Source: Entomortierella parvispora E1425 (Eukaryota > Fungi > Mortierellomycota). From it: a stretch of 64,000 nt of DNA. Below are positions 35,422 to 48,025 of this stretch, piece by piece (position 1 is the first letter of the stretch; each line of letters starts with the position of its first letter). The notes beneath the pieces were generated by a model that did not search any database, was not told the origin of the DNA, and was given only the letters and a program-made list of their open reading frames with translations. The stretch spans positions 186,001 through 250,000 of the forward strand of contig BQFW01000009.1 in assembly GCA_020891255.1 (NCBI GenBank). The letters are read 5' to 3'. The position numbers and the translations under genes are program-made.

Positions 35422-37016
35422 TCTACAGCTAAACAAGGCAAAGAGAGTGAGGAGGGAATGTAAGTGAGCTGGATGAATGAGTGAGAGAGGTGGTGGGAAA
35501 GGAAAGAAGAGAGGTCGATGGGCGCAACATGTGCAGCTTATTGACAGCTCTGTCGCACTCGCTTGCTCGGCCTTGACTCCGGTCTGGCTGTTGCTGTCCG
35601 GCTTGCATGTGCTAGCCTGTGCGTTTTTTTTAGCGAGCAAGCTCGTGTTCCTCCAAGCATGACTACAGCAAATGCACGGACAAGGCGAAACGCAATGGCC
35701 ATCCACGAGCAAGCATAGAAGATACATAACACCTTGGGGATGTAGAAAACCAATCCCCCTGCGCTGTCCTGTGCACATGCCGCCAGCTTTTTACCTGTGC
35801 ACCTGAATAAGAACTGAGCTAAGCAATAAACAGCGAAATATACGATTGTGAGACGAATGGGGACAATTAAGGTCGGGCGATGGGAAAGGGATGGGATATA
35901 TGAATGGAAGGAGGAAAGGATGAGGATGGAGAGAACTAGGGATGAATGAAATGCAGGTGCGGTGTAAGGGAATGGGATGCGAGTGAACAGAGGAAAGAAG
36001 GAAGAGGGGCCACCAACAAAGTTAACAGACAAGAAAGGGGACTCAATTGACGGTCCAAAGTAGACATCAAGGACGACGTCGCAGTAGCCGGATGGGCGCC
36101 ATGTGCCCCCGTCGATATGTCGATATTCGTTCAATAACATGGACACAATACAATAGTGAGCAAGCTCTGCTCTTGGTGGGGGGATTATTGAGAGCAGGAC
36201 AGAGCAGACCACGGCCTGAAGTGACGAAGCGAAAGGGACCGCCCGTTCGTCGGCTCGCGCGTGGACGCACAGATCGCCGACAGGTGGGTGAGGTGGGGCG
36301 AGCCGAGGGCCTGGACCGGATTCACGGACTCAGTTTGGGATTGGGACTGACTGACGGAGGGAAGCGAGATTGGTGCTCAGCAAAATGCAGGACAACAGCA
36401 GGCAGGGCACAACCTTGCAAGGAAGGAGTCGGAGAATACAGCAAGAAAGGAAGGGAACAGGGAATGAAAAAAGGCGTGCGGCCCACACCCGGGTTCGAAC
36501 GGCGGTCGCGCCTTTGTTTTCCCTTGTGTCCTCTGTGGAAGAAATACCGCTATGTAAACGAGACGGCACAAATCCCATGTAAAATTTGCCGAACAAATCT
36601 GATGTATTAAATAAATAAAGCCGTGCAAGTTCGCCGTTCCAACGCTCGCAGAGACAGACTGTCTTTGATATTTTTTTTCCCTTTTTTTTTTTTTTTTTTT
36701 TCAACAAAACGCGAACCTGTCCTTCCTCCTAACTATGACCATCAACTGTGCTACGGACACGGCGTTTGCTTGACAGGATACTTATTTGGTTCTTCTAATG
36801 CGGCTGGAGGATTGACACGTAGTTTGTCTATCCTTGTCTCTTTGAGCAGAATGAACCTGTGGTCAATGCAGCAGTAGAAGAGGGCCAGCCAAGTGGACAG
36901 CTAAAAAAAACCACGGATTCCTTACCTCAAAAGAAAAGATCTACGTGTTACCAATGGAACGCGACTTGAAAGCTCCCAACTTGAAGCCTTCTCATAAAAA
37001 AACAAAAAAATGAAAT

Positions 37017-37120
37017 GGGAGAGGGAGGGATTTGAACCCACGCCTACACTGAAGTAGACTGCAGAAAGATATAGTTTGTTTTGGGGGTTGCAGCGCCTTA
37101 GACCACTCGGCCACCTCTCC
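37017..37120 (-). tRNA. tRNA-Leu-like (class II) gene or pseudogene with a non-canonical anticodon loop
   Basis: GGAGAGG/CCTCTCC acceptor stem, TGGCCGAGTGGTCTAAGGCG A-box/D-arm, CTGCA/TGCAG anticodon stem, long variable arm, GGTTCAAATCC B-box, T-run terminator; the 25-nt loop lacks U33. Confidence 0.6.
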
Positions 37121-37229
37121 TTGTTCTTGATGGAGTGTTTCTTTGATACATGGTGCTTGTATCCATCGCAGATCAAGGATCCCCTCACTGCGCCTCCGTA
37201 GAATAAATTTAGAAACAAAAAAAAAAAAA

Positions 37230-40200
37230 GTCCAATACTTGCGTTAAGAGCAATTGGTTGCCATACTCAATGACACCGGTCTGGTGGGAAAAATTGGCAG
37301 AGCACGCCTCATCCAACTCCAGCAACAGTTACAAATGGAAGTCAGCCCCACCAGCGACCCTGAAAGAGTTAAGGACACCCGCCACAACTTTATCTCGGGT
37401 GTCTGCGAGCTAATGGCCGAGAGGGACATCCAGTTCGAAGTGCAGGTAGCGGAAGACTTCGAACTGGCAGCGGACGCGGGCACCATATTGGAGTGGTTCG
37501 AGGGGGCCATCGACGAGGAAATAATCAAGGAATGCCACGATCTCGGGATCTACTTTATCGAACAAGTATTATCAGTCAATAGAACTGAGTTGATTTCTTG
37601 GACCCAGCTGCGTCGAATGGTAGGAAGTAGGCGTGCAAGCAAAGACTCACCCGAATGGTTTCTTCGTCTTCAAAATTTTTGTGCAACTGATAGATTCACG
37701 ACGGTCTTCATAAACAAGTGGTGCGAAGACCGCCGAGCTGCCATGGCGGAGACCCTTGATGAAGAGGAAGAACAAGCGATACAAGAAGCCAATCGTCTCA
37801 GCGAAGTGCCGGAATCATCAACCGAGGAAGAAGAGGAGCCATCAGAAAGCGAGAGTGAGAGGGAAGAGGACGCATCCGCACCTGTAGCACCCACACCAGC
37901 CGCACCAGCACCAATTGCACCCGCACAAACAGACTTTGTTCCCTCGAACCGCCTGATCCTGGCTAGACGCGAAGGCACAGAAGTACGACCACGGCTGAGA
38001 GAAACACGGGACCAAAGAGACGAACGACTAAAAGCATACAAGTTGGAATACTACAACCAACATGGTGGACCCAAGCTACGAACAATGGACGATGCAGAAG
38101 ACGAGTTCAGATCCCAAGAACATAACGCTGACAAGGATTGGCTGAAGGATGAAGTGCGTCGAGTGCGAAACCTGGCCAAGCTAGAGGCAAAGGAACGGGC
38201 CTACCATGCCAAGAGTCAAGAAGAAGCTCGAAGACAACAAGAGGCAGCAGCTCGAAGACAACAAGAGGAAGCCCGAAGACAACAAGAGGAAGCTCGAAGG
38301 CAACAAGAGAAACAAGAGGCAGCTCGGCGGCAGAAAAGACGGCAAGAACGACAAGCGGCGATCAAGAACAAGGCCCTCCGGCGGCGGGTGGCACAAGAGC
38401 GACGGCTCAAAGACGCCCACCGGAGGCGGTCCGAAAGACTCAGGTCTGTCACAAGAACGTTCAAGGCACGAAAAGCAAGGACCCGTAAACTTCAGAGAAA
38501 GTACCTTCAGCCTGAAGGTGGCATCAATGAAGAAAGGCTAGAACAAGACGCGCGGACAGAATTGAGCAAGTCGACAACACCGAGGGAGCGGGACCTACCC
38601 AGGAAAGACAAGTTCAGGGACATTTACGGACTCTTAATCACGACAGTGATAGAAGACGCAATCCTGGAGGCACGAAATAGTCTGGAGGGCCTGGGACCCC
38701 TGGAGTTCTACTCGGATGGATCGTTGAAGGACCATGGACTCACAACAAGCAGCATGGCATTTGGTGTTGTCATTAAGAGGCCAGGAACCGTACGGTACAG
38801 GACAGTCATCTCTGGTAAAGTGTTGGGCTTTGCATCCTCAACAAAAGCTGAGCTAGTAGGACTGTTGGCAACAATCTTGGCATGCCCCAGAGACACACAA
38901 GCGACAGTATTTATTGACAACCAGACAGTGGTTGACAAATTCAAGACGCTTGTGGTGAACAGAAGAACAGCAACGGCGAGAGAACGGCTGCGGTCCTCGT
39001 ACTCCGTATGGTGGGCAGCAGTGGCTAAAGCATTCGAACGGCAAGGTCAAAAGATCAGCGTCAAGTAGGTCAAAGGACATGCTGGGAACACAGGCAACAA
39101 CATGGCAGATATTGCCGCAAAGGCGGCACATACCAAGGACGCTTGGGACATGGACCCCGCGGTGCACACAGACATGAAGTGCCATGCAACTTTCAAGGGA
39201 CGGCTGGTAGAAGACGACCTGCGACAAGTGCTGAAGAAACAGTCAGTGGCAAGGACACACCTCAGATGGGCAAACCAGCGCAGAACAAAGGCAATGATTC
39301 CAGAATGGGGACTTGTTGAGTGGCAAACAACAATTGCTATCGTTCACAACGGCTCCAAGCCGAGAAGCTTGTTTACAAGCAACTCGGACTGCACGAAACG
39401 GGCACACAGGGTAAAGAAACTGCATGGCATGTTGCCTACGCAAAAGTACATGCACAACTGGAGACCGGACCTATATGAGGATGACAACTGCCGAGTATGT
39501 GAATCCAATGTGGAGGACACAAACCACATATGGAGGTGCCCAGAAACGCTGACGAGTCAATGCGAAGGTTGGGAAGAGACAATGGAGTTGGTGACCAACC
39601 TTGGCAAAAAACTGTGGGAGCGAGCAAAGAAAAGCTGGGAAAGCGAGAAGAAGAAAGCAGAGGAAGAAGGCAAGGAATTCAAGAAGAAGGAACCGACGTT
39701 TTCAGACGAGACTATGGACAGCTTTTGGACGATGCTGATGGATTACTTCCGAGGAGCAAGAAACATCAAGGCACAAAACCTATTGGACGACGATATGGAA
39801 AGAGAGGAAGTGGTCGATCTCGGATCACTCGGAGGGCGACCATGGACCGTCATCGACGCCTACCACGGATTGGCGCCACTTTTCCTGAAAGACAAGTTCC
39901 AGACACTGTTCTACACGACCCAAGAGATCGCGAGCATCATGGCGGACAGGTTTATCAAAGGCATCGAGGACTACGGCCGAACAGGGATTTGGAATCCACG
40001 TTGCAAAAAGACTGTGGACTGGGAGAAGTCTATCGGAGTTACTGGTGTGAGCAAACGTACCAGGCCTGAGGAACCGGGTACCCGTGCTGGCGGACACGGA
40101 GGTAGCAACAGTAACTTTGGTAACTTTAACCGGGACAGGTTTGATGTGACAAGGATGAAGAGACTCCACAAGGCTGCGGACAAAGATGTCTTAGATGAAT

Positions 40201-40536
40201 ACCAAGGAAAGGGCGTGTTGAACGTCATGGAAAGAACAGGGGGAGTGAAGTACTTCTTGGAAAAGGATCTCGGAAACTAGTGACGAACGAGCATGAAAGG
40301 CCACAGAGGGGACTGGACCTGGCCTTGCTGTAGCAAGCCAGAAGCTCCCGCCCTTTGGTCGCGGTGTTACGAAACCAGGGTGCATGGGCCGTCATAGACG
40401 GGTTGTGCAATGCAAAAGCATTTTATTTTAGTCCGTTTCCCTTGGGTGGAGCAGGCGCACCTGCGTATGTGTACTTACAATTAACAGACAATAAACCCCG
40501 TACCTGCGAGGGACCCTTTGACAAGAAAAAAAAAAG
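37230..40536 (+). mobile_element. 5'-truncated non-LTR retrotransposon (LINE) retaining the post-RT linker, RNase H, CCHC finger, 3' UTR and A-tail
   Basis: RNase H motifs FYSDGS, SSTKAEL, FIDNQ and VK*VKGHAGNTGNNMAD; KKLHGMLPT...CRVC...HIWRC zinc knuckle; A-run at about 40526-40535; no RT motifs found. Confidence 0.85.
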
Positions 40537-40649
40537 AAGAGTTGGAGGGGAGGAGGAGGAAAGGGTCAGAGTGGTTCGTATCATAATTGATGATCTTTAT
40601 TCACGGGTACCGAATCTGATACTCTAGAAGTACCAAGGTCAGGGTGACA

Positions 40650-42685
40650 TTATGGTATCACGTAACAACTGTGAATAGAGGCGGCACAATAGTTGACTTG
40701 ATTGGGATGTACCATGACTTGTTGGCTTGTGCTATCAAATATTCTTTGATGCGCGTTGGCTTGAGCAAGGGCGACGTACTCTTTATCCATCTCAAGCTGG
40801 CGTTCGTTAAGTTCGTGCTCCTGGTCCGAATTCTTCTCCATCAACCGATCAACTTCCTTTAAAGCAACACTCAAACTGCTAGACGGATATGACGATATTA
40901 ATGGAGCCATTACTAGCAAGTGATGATCCCGACTAACTGCAAAAGTCACTTGAATCTCAAGGGCTCCCCTTGGTGCTAGCGGCGTTCTGTGAAGAGTCAG
41001 AATTACCTAGCGTTTCTCAATTGTGAATGTGAATACATGGTTTTCTGATTCCTGATGCAAACGCAATCCTAAAAGTCTTACCTCGCCCAACAATAGGTTA
41101 TCCTTGGTACGAAGACGCTCTCCTTCAAAGATTCGTAAAAGTACACTCGTTTGGTTATCAGCTACGGTGGTCAAGAGAATGACCTGCGATGCTGGCAAGT
41201 CGGCATTTCTCCATAAAACTGGAGTCATAACCCCCTCTGTTATCTCAAGACCGATCGACCTGGCGAGAGATCTTTCCGGAAAGCAACAAATCCCGGGTGG
41301 ATCGCTCTTGATGTATTGAAAGGCCACCATGGCGGCTCCAAAGGCCGTGACTTCCTGCGGGCTGATAGAGTTGTGAAGAGTTGTATTGTGATCAAAAAAC
41401 TCTGATATCAGTGTTTGAACCTTTGGGATATGGCTTGAACCTCCAGAAAGTATGATATTTCCCACAAGATCTTTGGGAAAGTCGGATCCTTCCCAATATC
41501 CAAGTAGGTTTACTTTCGTCATCGTTGAAGTGGGCAATGTCGGCTTTACCGACATCAATGTAGCCCCATTGATCGCTCACGTTCTTGCCATTGGAACTTT
41601 TCAGGAGGCTATCTAGTTTCCGACGGATATGAGAAAAGACGTCCTGGTTCAAATCCTCAAAAACTGAACGAGAGATCGAGAGGGAAAAATCCATTCCTTC
41701 AAATAAGGATGCAACCTCAATGGAGGCTTGATGAGCACTAGAAAGTACAACTTTGGCCTTTTCACAGGCGGACCACAGTTTCCTGACCGCATTGGAATCG
41801 TTACGGAGATCCTTGTTATACATTCGCTCGAATTCCTTTGCAGAATGCTCCACCAGTCGATCCGTGAAAGTGTCGCCTCCGAAATGACGATCAGAGACCA
41901 TCCCCAAAACATCAAAACGAGACTCGCTCATGATCAAGAGATGAGTGATGGTCAATGCATTTCCACTGAGATGAAAGACTATCGCATATCTGTTCTTGTT
42001 TGGTGGCATTTCGAGCCGATACGCGATCGCTGCGGCCTCTGGCTCACTGACAGAAAACGGGAAATACATACCCCCTCCTTCCTTGTCCATGATATCCATT
42101 TCTTGTTCGATATTCCAGTGATGAGGGAATATAACAGAGCCAACTACAAATAGTGGGCCCAGTAATATCTCTGCATCCATTTTGGCTTGTTCGTAAACCA
42201 AGTATGAGATCGCTTGTGGACTCAGCATTCCACTTGCCAAGTCGTTATCAACCGCCTTGCGAGTCTCCTGGATATACGGCAAAGAGTCCTTGTCAACAAC
42301 GTCAAAAGGCCAACATTGACCTGGAGGGAATTGACTATCCTTATCCTTGTCAAAGATGAGGCCGATCTGTCGCTTGGCATCCATGAAGGGGTGAATGTAA
42401 TTCCGAAGCTTGCTGGCCTCTTCAATGAGATGCGTCGAGTCAGAATAGTAGACATAGCAAGGCATCGTAGTAGCGTTGTGGCACGGTGTGGCTGCTGTGA
42501 CCATACTGTTCTTGATCCGGCAATCAGAACAGTAGCTAAAATATGCCCCGGTGTCTCCCAGATGGATACCGATGCCTGATTAAAAAAAAAAGAAGTTAGA
42601 AAACCAAGAGTGCAAACATATCAATTACAGATGAGAGACGTTGCTGCCGAGGGGACCCACTTAATGAGGATGAATCAATTAGCAT
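40650..42685 (-). CDS. Highly divergent Hsp70-family protein (spliced)
   Basis: IGIHLGDTG, EPEAAAIAY, CEKAKVVLSS, SGGSSHIPKVQ, TTVADNQTSV, FEGER and LAPRGALEIQVTF motifs appear in Hsp70 order; three short introns restore the frame. Confidence 0.8.
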
Positions 42686-43336
42686 GACCGAATGATGCCA
42701 ATGTGATGGCGGGATGGTGTGATGGTTGGGAACAAAGAACAGTGAGGTCCACTCAACGCCCTGATTTCACTTTTTTTTTTTGCGTTTCCCAGTTTTGGGA
42801 CGCGCCCAGCCTGATTGACACGCGCAACCCCAATGGAAACGAGACCGCACAAATTCCATGTAAAAATCCCCGCCCTGCGACTGGTCCGTCGCCCATTTTA
42901 CCCATTCGGGCCGAGGCCGTCTATCCGTCTGTCTGTCTGTGTGTCTGTCTTGTCTCACCACAGCGCAGGGGGCACATGCATGCATCCACTTTCATTCTTC
43001 ATTCATCTCTCTCTCTCTGTGTGTGTGTATGTGTGTGCATCTTGACCCACATCTCATTCATTCATTCTCTTTCCTCTCCTCAATCTCCTTGGCTTGCCCC
43101 CTCCTGCATCCACTCGCACTCACACGCACGCGCCTCCCTCTCACCACTACCAGCAGCGACAACAACAACAACACAAACAACGACAACAACTGCACAATAG
43201 CACATCAACAACCAAACGCTCTCTGTTGGCTCTCGACATCGCCCCTCTGCACAGGGTGTCCATTCCTCTTCTTTCTCTCCGCCGCTTCCCCTCTCCTCAG
43301 TTTTTTCTTTGCCTCGTCCTCTTATATAAGCATATA

Positions 43337-46300
43337 ATGGCCACGGTCGACGAGGAGTCCTATTCCCAAAATACAAACGCAGACACCAACGGCCCTAAGC
43401 CAGGTTTGAAGCGAAAGCAGCCCGAGATTATATATACTCCTGCTGATAGCACAGCTTCATCTCCCTCAGCATCGGCAGCGGCGTCGACTCCGAGAGCAAG
43501 AGCAGGCGCAGGAACGTTTGTCTACCAGCAACCAAAATCACTTCAACACCATCCGTTGCCCTCGCAACCGATTCAGTTTGACCTGACGTCGTCTCGATCT
43601 GAGGTGAGTGCCCTTGTACCTTGATCAGCTGGTTACGTCTGGGTTCTTTTCACAAAGTCCAAGACGAATAGAGAGATGCGCCTTGATTTCTAGTAGAAAA
43701 CAATGGCGAAAAAGATGTGGGGAAGAAGAAAAAGGCGAGAACGACCTGCTCTATCAGACAAATCTGGAACTGAGAGCGGACAAAGCTGGTTTGTGGGGCG
43801 CCATGTGGAGAGATGTTTTCCATTTGGTGGCGCGGAACGCCTCCACACTGTCTTTTGGTCCTTTGCTCAAATACTCACACGCTCTCCCGTCTCTGTCTTT
43901 CTATCCCGAACCCAGACCATTCGACAAGAAGAGTCTGCCAATCCAATAGACAACAGTTTCCTGAACTATCCAATTTCATCAAACTCAAAGGCCGTCAATG
44001 TCGTGGATCGCTCAAGCGCAGAAGACCTGGAGCGGATAGCCAGTGTTTTGACAGAGGCAACACTCAACAATATTGCTTATTATGGCCCCAGTGCTGCCAT
44101 GGTCACCGGTACCTTCAACGACGAGGATCTCTGGGGAGCACAACTAGGCGCAGCCAGCACAGATGGCGATGTTCTTGTGCCTGAGGAAATGCAGATTTTG
44201 CCGGATGAATCCACTCGTCAGTTCTTGGTGTCGTTGTATTACAAGGTAATGTCCTTCCCTTTGCCCATCTATTGTCCCAACTCCAATGCTGCAAGTCTAG
44301 CTCCTTCTTGTCAACTCACTGACTGACATGTATGACGTAAACAGAACCACTACAGATTTTTGCCCATGTTGCAGCGCCAAGTGATACGAGTGTGCGAGGA
44401 AAACATCCATATACCCCACTGTCTATTACTCTGCAATGCAGTGTACTATTGTGGATCCATGTTTTCGACCAACCTGACACTGCGCAAGGATGTGAACGAT
44501 GAAAGTACCCTTGGCGAAGATTTCTTTTCGCGTGGACAAGGTAAGCAACACGTGTTTCTCTCCCCCTTTAACTTTGGTCTCCCCAATAGGAAAACCACTT
44601 TTTTTTAACATGTCCATTTTTTTTTGTAGCACTGTTGGAAAAGAAGTTCTTGACCACCCACATCTGCACTGTGCAGGCCCTTCTTTTCTTTGCCATTGGA
44701 CACAAATCACCCGCACAACGGTCGGCGTTCATCAGTCAGGCCATTACCATGGCACTCGACATGGGACTCCATACACGATTGGACGACACTGTCAACTCAT
44801 TTATGCGATCCTACCGTGCGCGCATCTTTTGGTGCTGCTATCTCTTTGACTCGTCTGCCTCCGCCATTAACGGAAAGCCTGCCCTGATCAGCGACGAGGA
44901 AATCAGTGTCGACATGATTGAGGCAGGAGATCTAGGCCCCGAGAACGAGACCTATTCGGACCGATATTTCGTCCATGTCCTGCATGGCTGGCAGATTTGT
45001 AGGAAGATTCGCAAAAACTCGAAATTGATGGTCCGTCAACCTCCACCCTCTCAAGCATTTCTTTTACAGAATCTGGCTCGCCTGGACAACGAACTAGTGG
45101 ACTGGCAACAACATTTGCCCAAAGTATTCGAGTTCTTCCCTACAGAGGGATCCATGGTCTCGGAACTCTCGTCCCAGTGCGCCAGCACGCAGCTATTATG
45201 CTACGCGTTGATTATCCTTTTGCACCACCCTTATCTTCCAAACCCAAAGAGTCCGGAAGCTTTTAAACCGCCACCTCCAGGGAGCATGCTACCGGATTCA
45301 CAAGGATATTGCACACAGGCTGCTAAGGAAATCACTAAAATCGGCGGCATATTGCTCAAGGAAGCGCCCAAAACCTATGAGCAAAGTACACCCACCCGAT
45401 ACGCCCTGAATTTCGCCATTCGCATCCACCTTCGAAACTCAAAATGCACCATCAACCCAACGCTGGCCAAGGAGTCTCGTCGGGATTTGCAGAAAACCAT
45501 GGATTACATTGAACGAGTTGAAAACCTGCAATTCTTCCGCGTCAATCGAGCCAAGAAATCGGATGTAGCGGATCTTTTGGCGTCATGTCGTGCTGCACTA
45601 GCACAACAAAAGTCAGGACTCGATTTGGCCAAGGAGGCCGCGGCTCTGAAGCACCGCCAGTTTCTCTTGGAAAAGCAGGCCATCCTTGAAAAGCAGCGAC
45701 AAGATCAAGCGCTAGCCCGAGCTCAACAGGAACAAATGGAGAAGAATAAGCAGCAGCAGCAGCAGCAACAGCAGCAAAACATTCATCAGCCCGTGCTTGC
45801 CTCCCAAGCGTTACATGCAGCAGGTGACATGTCTATGGATACCTCCGAAACCCAACCTTCTGAAACGCCCATGAGCCCAAAACAAATCCTCCTTTCTATG
45901 CAATCAACTCAACAACACCCCAATATCCGACAGCAAACCTACCAGCAGCAACAACTCCACCTCCAGATGTATACCCAAGAGCGGACGCAGCACGAACTTG
46001 CTCACTTGAATCGTCTGCAACGACAGGGACAACTGGATGTAGATCATCAACAACACCAACATTTTCAACAACTTGCCATGGCCAAGCACAAGCAGCAGAT
46101 CTTTATGCAGCAACAACAGCAGCACCAGCACCTCCACCAGCACCTCCACCAGCATCATCAACAGCCACATCAGCACCAACATCAGCACCTTCAATCGAAC
46201 TACCAATCGCATGGCCAGCGATCTATGCAGAGTTCTCTCAACCAATATCCAAACATGTCGTCCACGACCCCCAACAGATACCCTCAAACCACTGCACCTT

Positions 46301-47043
46301 ATACTGCACTATCGGAGCCATTTCAGAGTCACAGCCTAGCCTCATCCCAGGTGTTTATCCCAACTACAGACTTTCAGGACCCCTCTGCATTCGCCAGGCT
46401 AACACCGGAACAACAGCAACAACTATTTATTGCGTTCAGTCACAGTCTCAGCAGCCATCATCAGGCAAGTCCCTTCAGCCCAAACCAACCAACACTGCAG
46501 CAAACCGATGGCGGACATGGTGAAAATGGAATGGGAGGAGCAGGTATAGCCTCTTTAAACATGGACTCGGACCCAACCCTGATGGACTTTAGTAGAGCAC
46601 ACTTGCAGGATATCCGGCCAAACTTTACCAACGCCTCCATGGATCGGGGGGATGAATCGACCACGATGTCGAGCTCGTTCTTCAACAATGGCAACCCGGT
46701 GGGGAATATTTTTTCCAGCAGTCCCTCGCACCCAAGGACAGTGTCGACATCTAGTTCTTCCATGGACTTTTCCGCTTCGCCACAACAACAACATCAGCAG
46801 CAGCACCAGCGAACAGGGAGCCGGGTCCAGGGATCCCCCGAGTCTGTAACAGAAGAGTCGATCCTCCAATCCTGGTCCATTTCGACACCATTCGACCAGA
46901 TTTATCTGAACCCAAACCTGGCGCCTGATGACCCCAGGAATGATCTGGGAACATTTACGTACCTTCCCTCTGAATTTGAGTATGGTGATGCCCCTGCGCT
47001 GTCGCCCACATCATCTTCAATAAGTGGTGGTACCGCAGGGTAA
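43337..47043 (+). CDS. Fungal-specific transcription factor (Fungal_trans/MHR domain) with a long Q-rich C-terminus
   Basis: YYKNHYRFLPML, AITMALDMGLH, RARIFWCCYLFD, LDNELVDW and ILLHHPYL motifs. Confidence 0.85.
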
Positions 47044-48025
47044 AGTTCTCTGGCAAAAGATGTCTTTGTGTAATAAAGCCATGCTAGGTTATACAGCTCT
47101 ATTTGCCTAAAGATTTTCGTCCGCCTCACATATCTTCCAGGGTATGATTCTGTTTGGCTTGCTCCTCCGCCACCCGCTTTGTAGGCCCTCGTTTTTTTCC
47201 GTGACGAATCAGGTGCAATGCCTGCATTAAATGCGGAGACTTGGACTTGGGGTGGGAATGGGCGAAGCAGATCCGCTTATCGCCTTGAGTAGATTGTGGC
47301 AGCTGCAGTGGTGTTGGCCTCGCTGCCGGTAGTACCATTGTCACCTTGATTACTTTCAGCCATTATCGCCTCGCCATCATTGGATTCCACGGACCCTCCT
47401 TGTCTCGTGGTCCTCATCATTTGTAACAAGGTTCGTCCTCTGCTCAGAGATTTGTCAGCGGCTGCCTTTGGGAGGGCGACTTCGGCGTTTAGGAGCAGAA
47501 GTTGCTGGCGTTTGGGGGGCCTTTAATGGTTTTGCAAATGCAGCTGAAGAGGTATGGTAATCCCTCTCTTTCGGCAGCAACCACCGGCTCTGGGGTCGTC
47601 AAGGAACTACTGGATGCAGCTCCGGTAGATGGTGGAGTGGAGTTCTTTGATGATTTGGAAGGACTCCTGCTGAGATTCGAAAGGACGTTCTTGTCGATGG
47701 ACCAGGTGCAGAGTTCTCCTTTTCCGTTTGGTCTTCAGGGACAGATGTGGAATGCGGCACGTCGTCGTTTTTATCATTATCATTATCATCATCTGCCTCG
47801 GCATTAGCAGGCGTCGCCCTCCCCATTATTGTCCGTAGGAGATGGTTTTGCTTTTTTTTGTCTTCTTTTTTCTCTCTACCGTCAGAGTCACCTAAACTTC
47901 GTCTCCCCTCGTCTCCATTGCTGCAAGCGTTATTCATAAGATGGAGAGAGGGGAAAGAAGGAAGATGAGAAAACTTTATTTGGGTCGACCAAATAAACAA
48001 GCGAACAAAGCAAAAAAGGAAAGAG

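Noticed and set aside
36467-36502. GGGTTCGAAC B-box-like sequence next to an A6/T6 run, suggesting a second tRNA
   Set aside because: The T-stem does not pair on either strand, and no A-box or acceptor stem was found
35538-36610. 224-aa and 187-aa ORFs upstream of the Myb gene
   Set aside because: Composition is UTR/intron-like (pyrimidine- or purine-rich), and no domains were recognised
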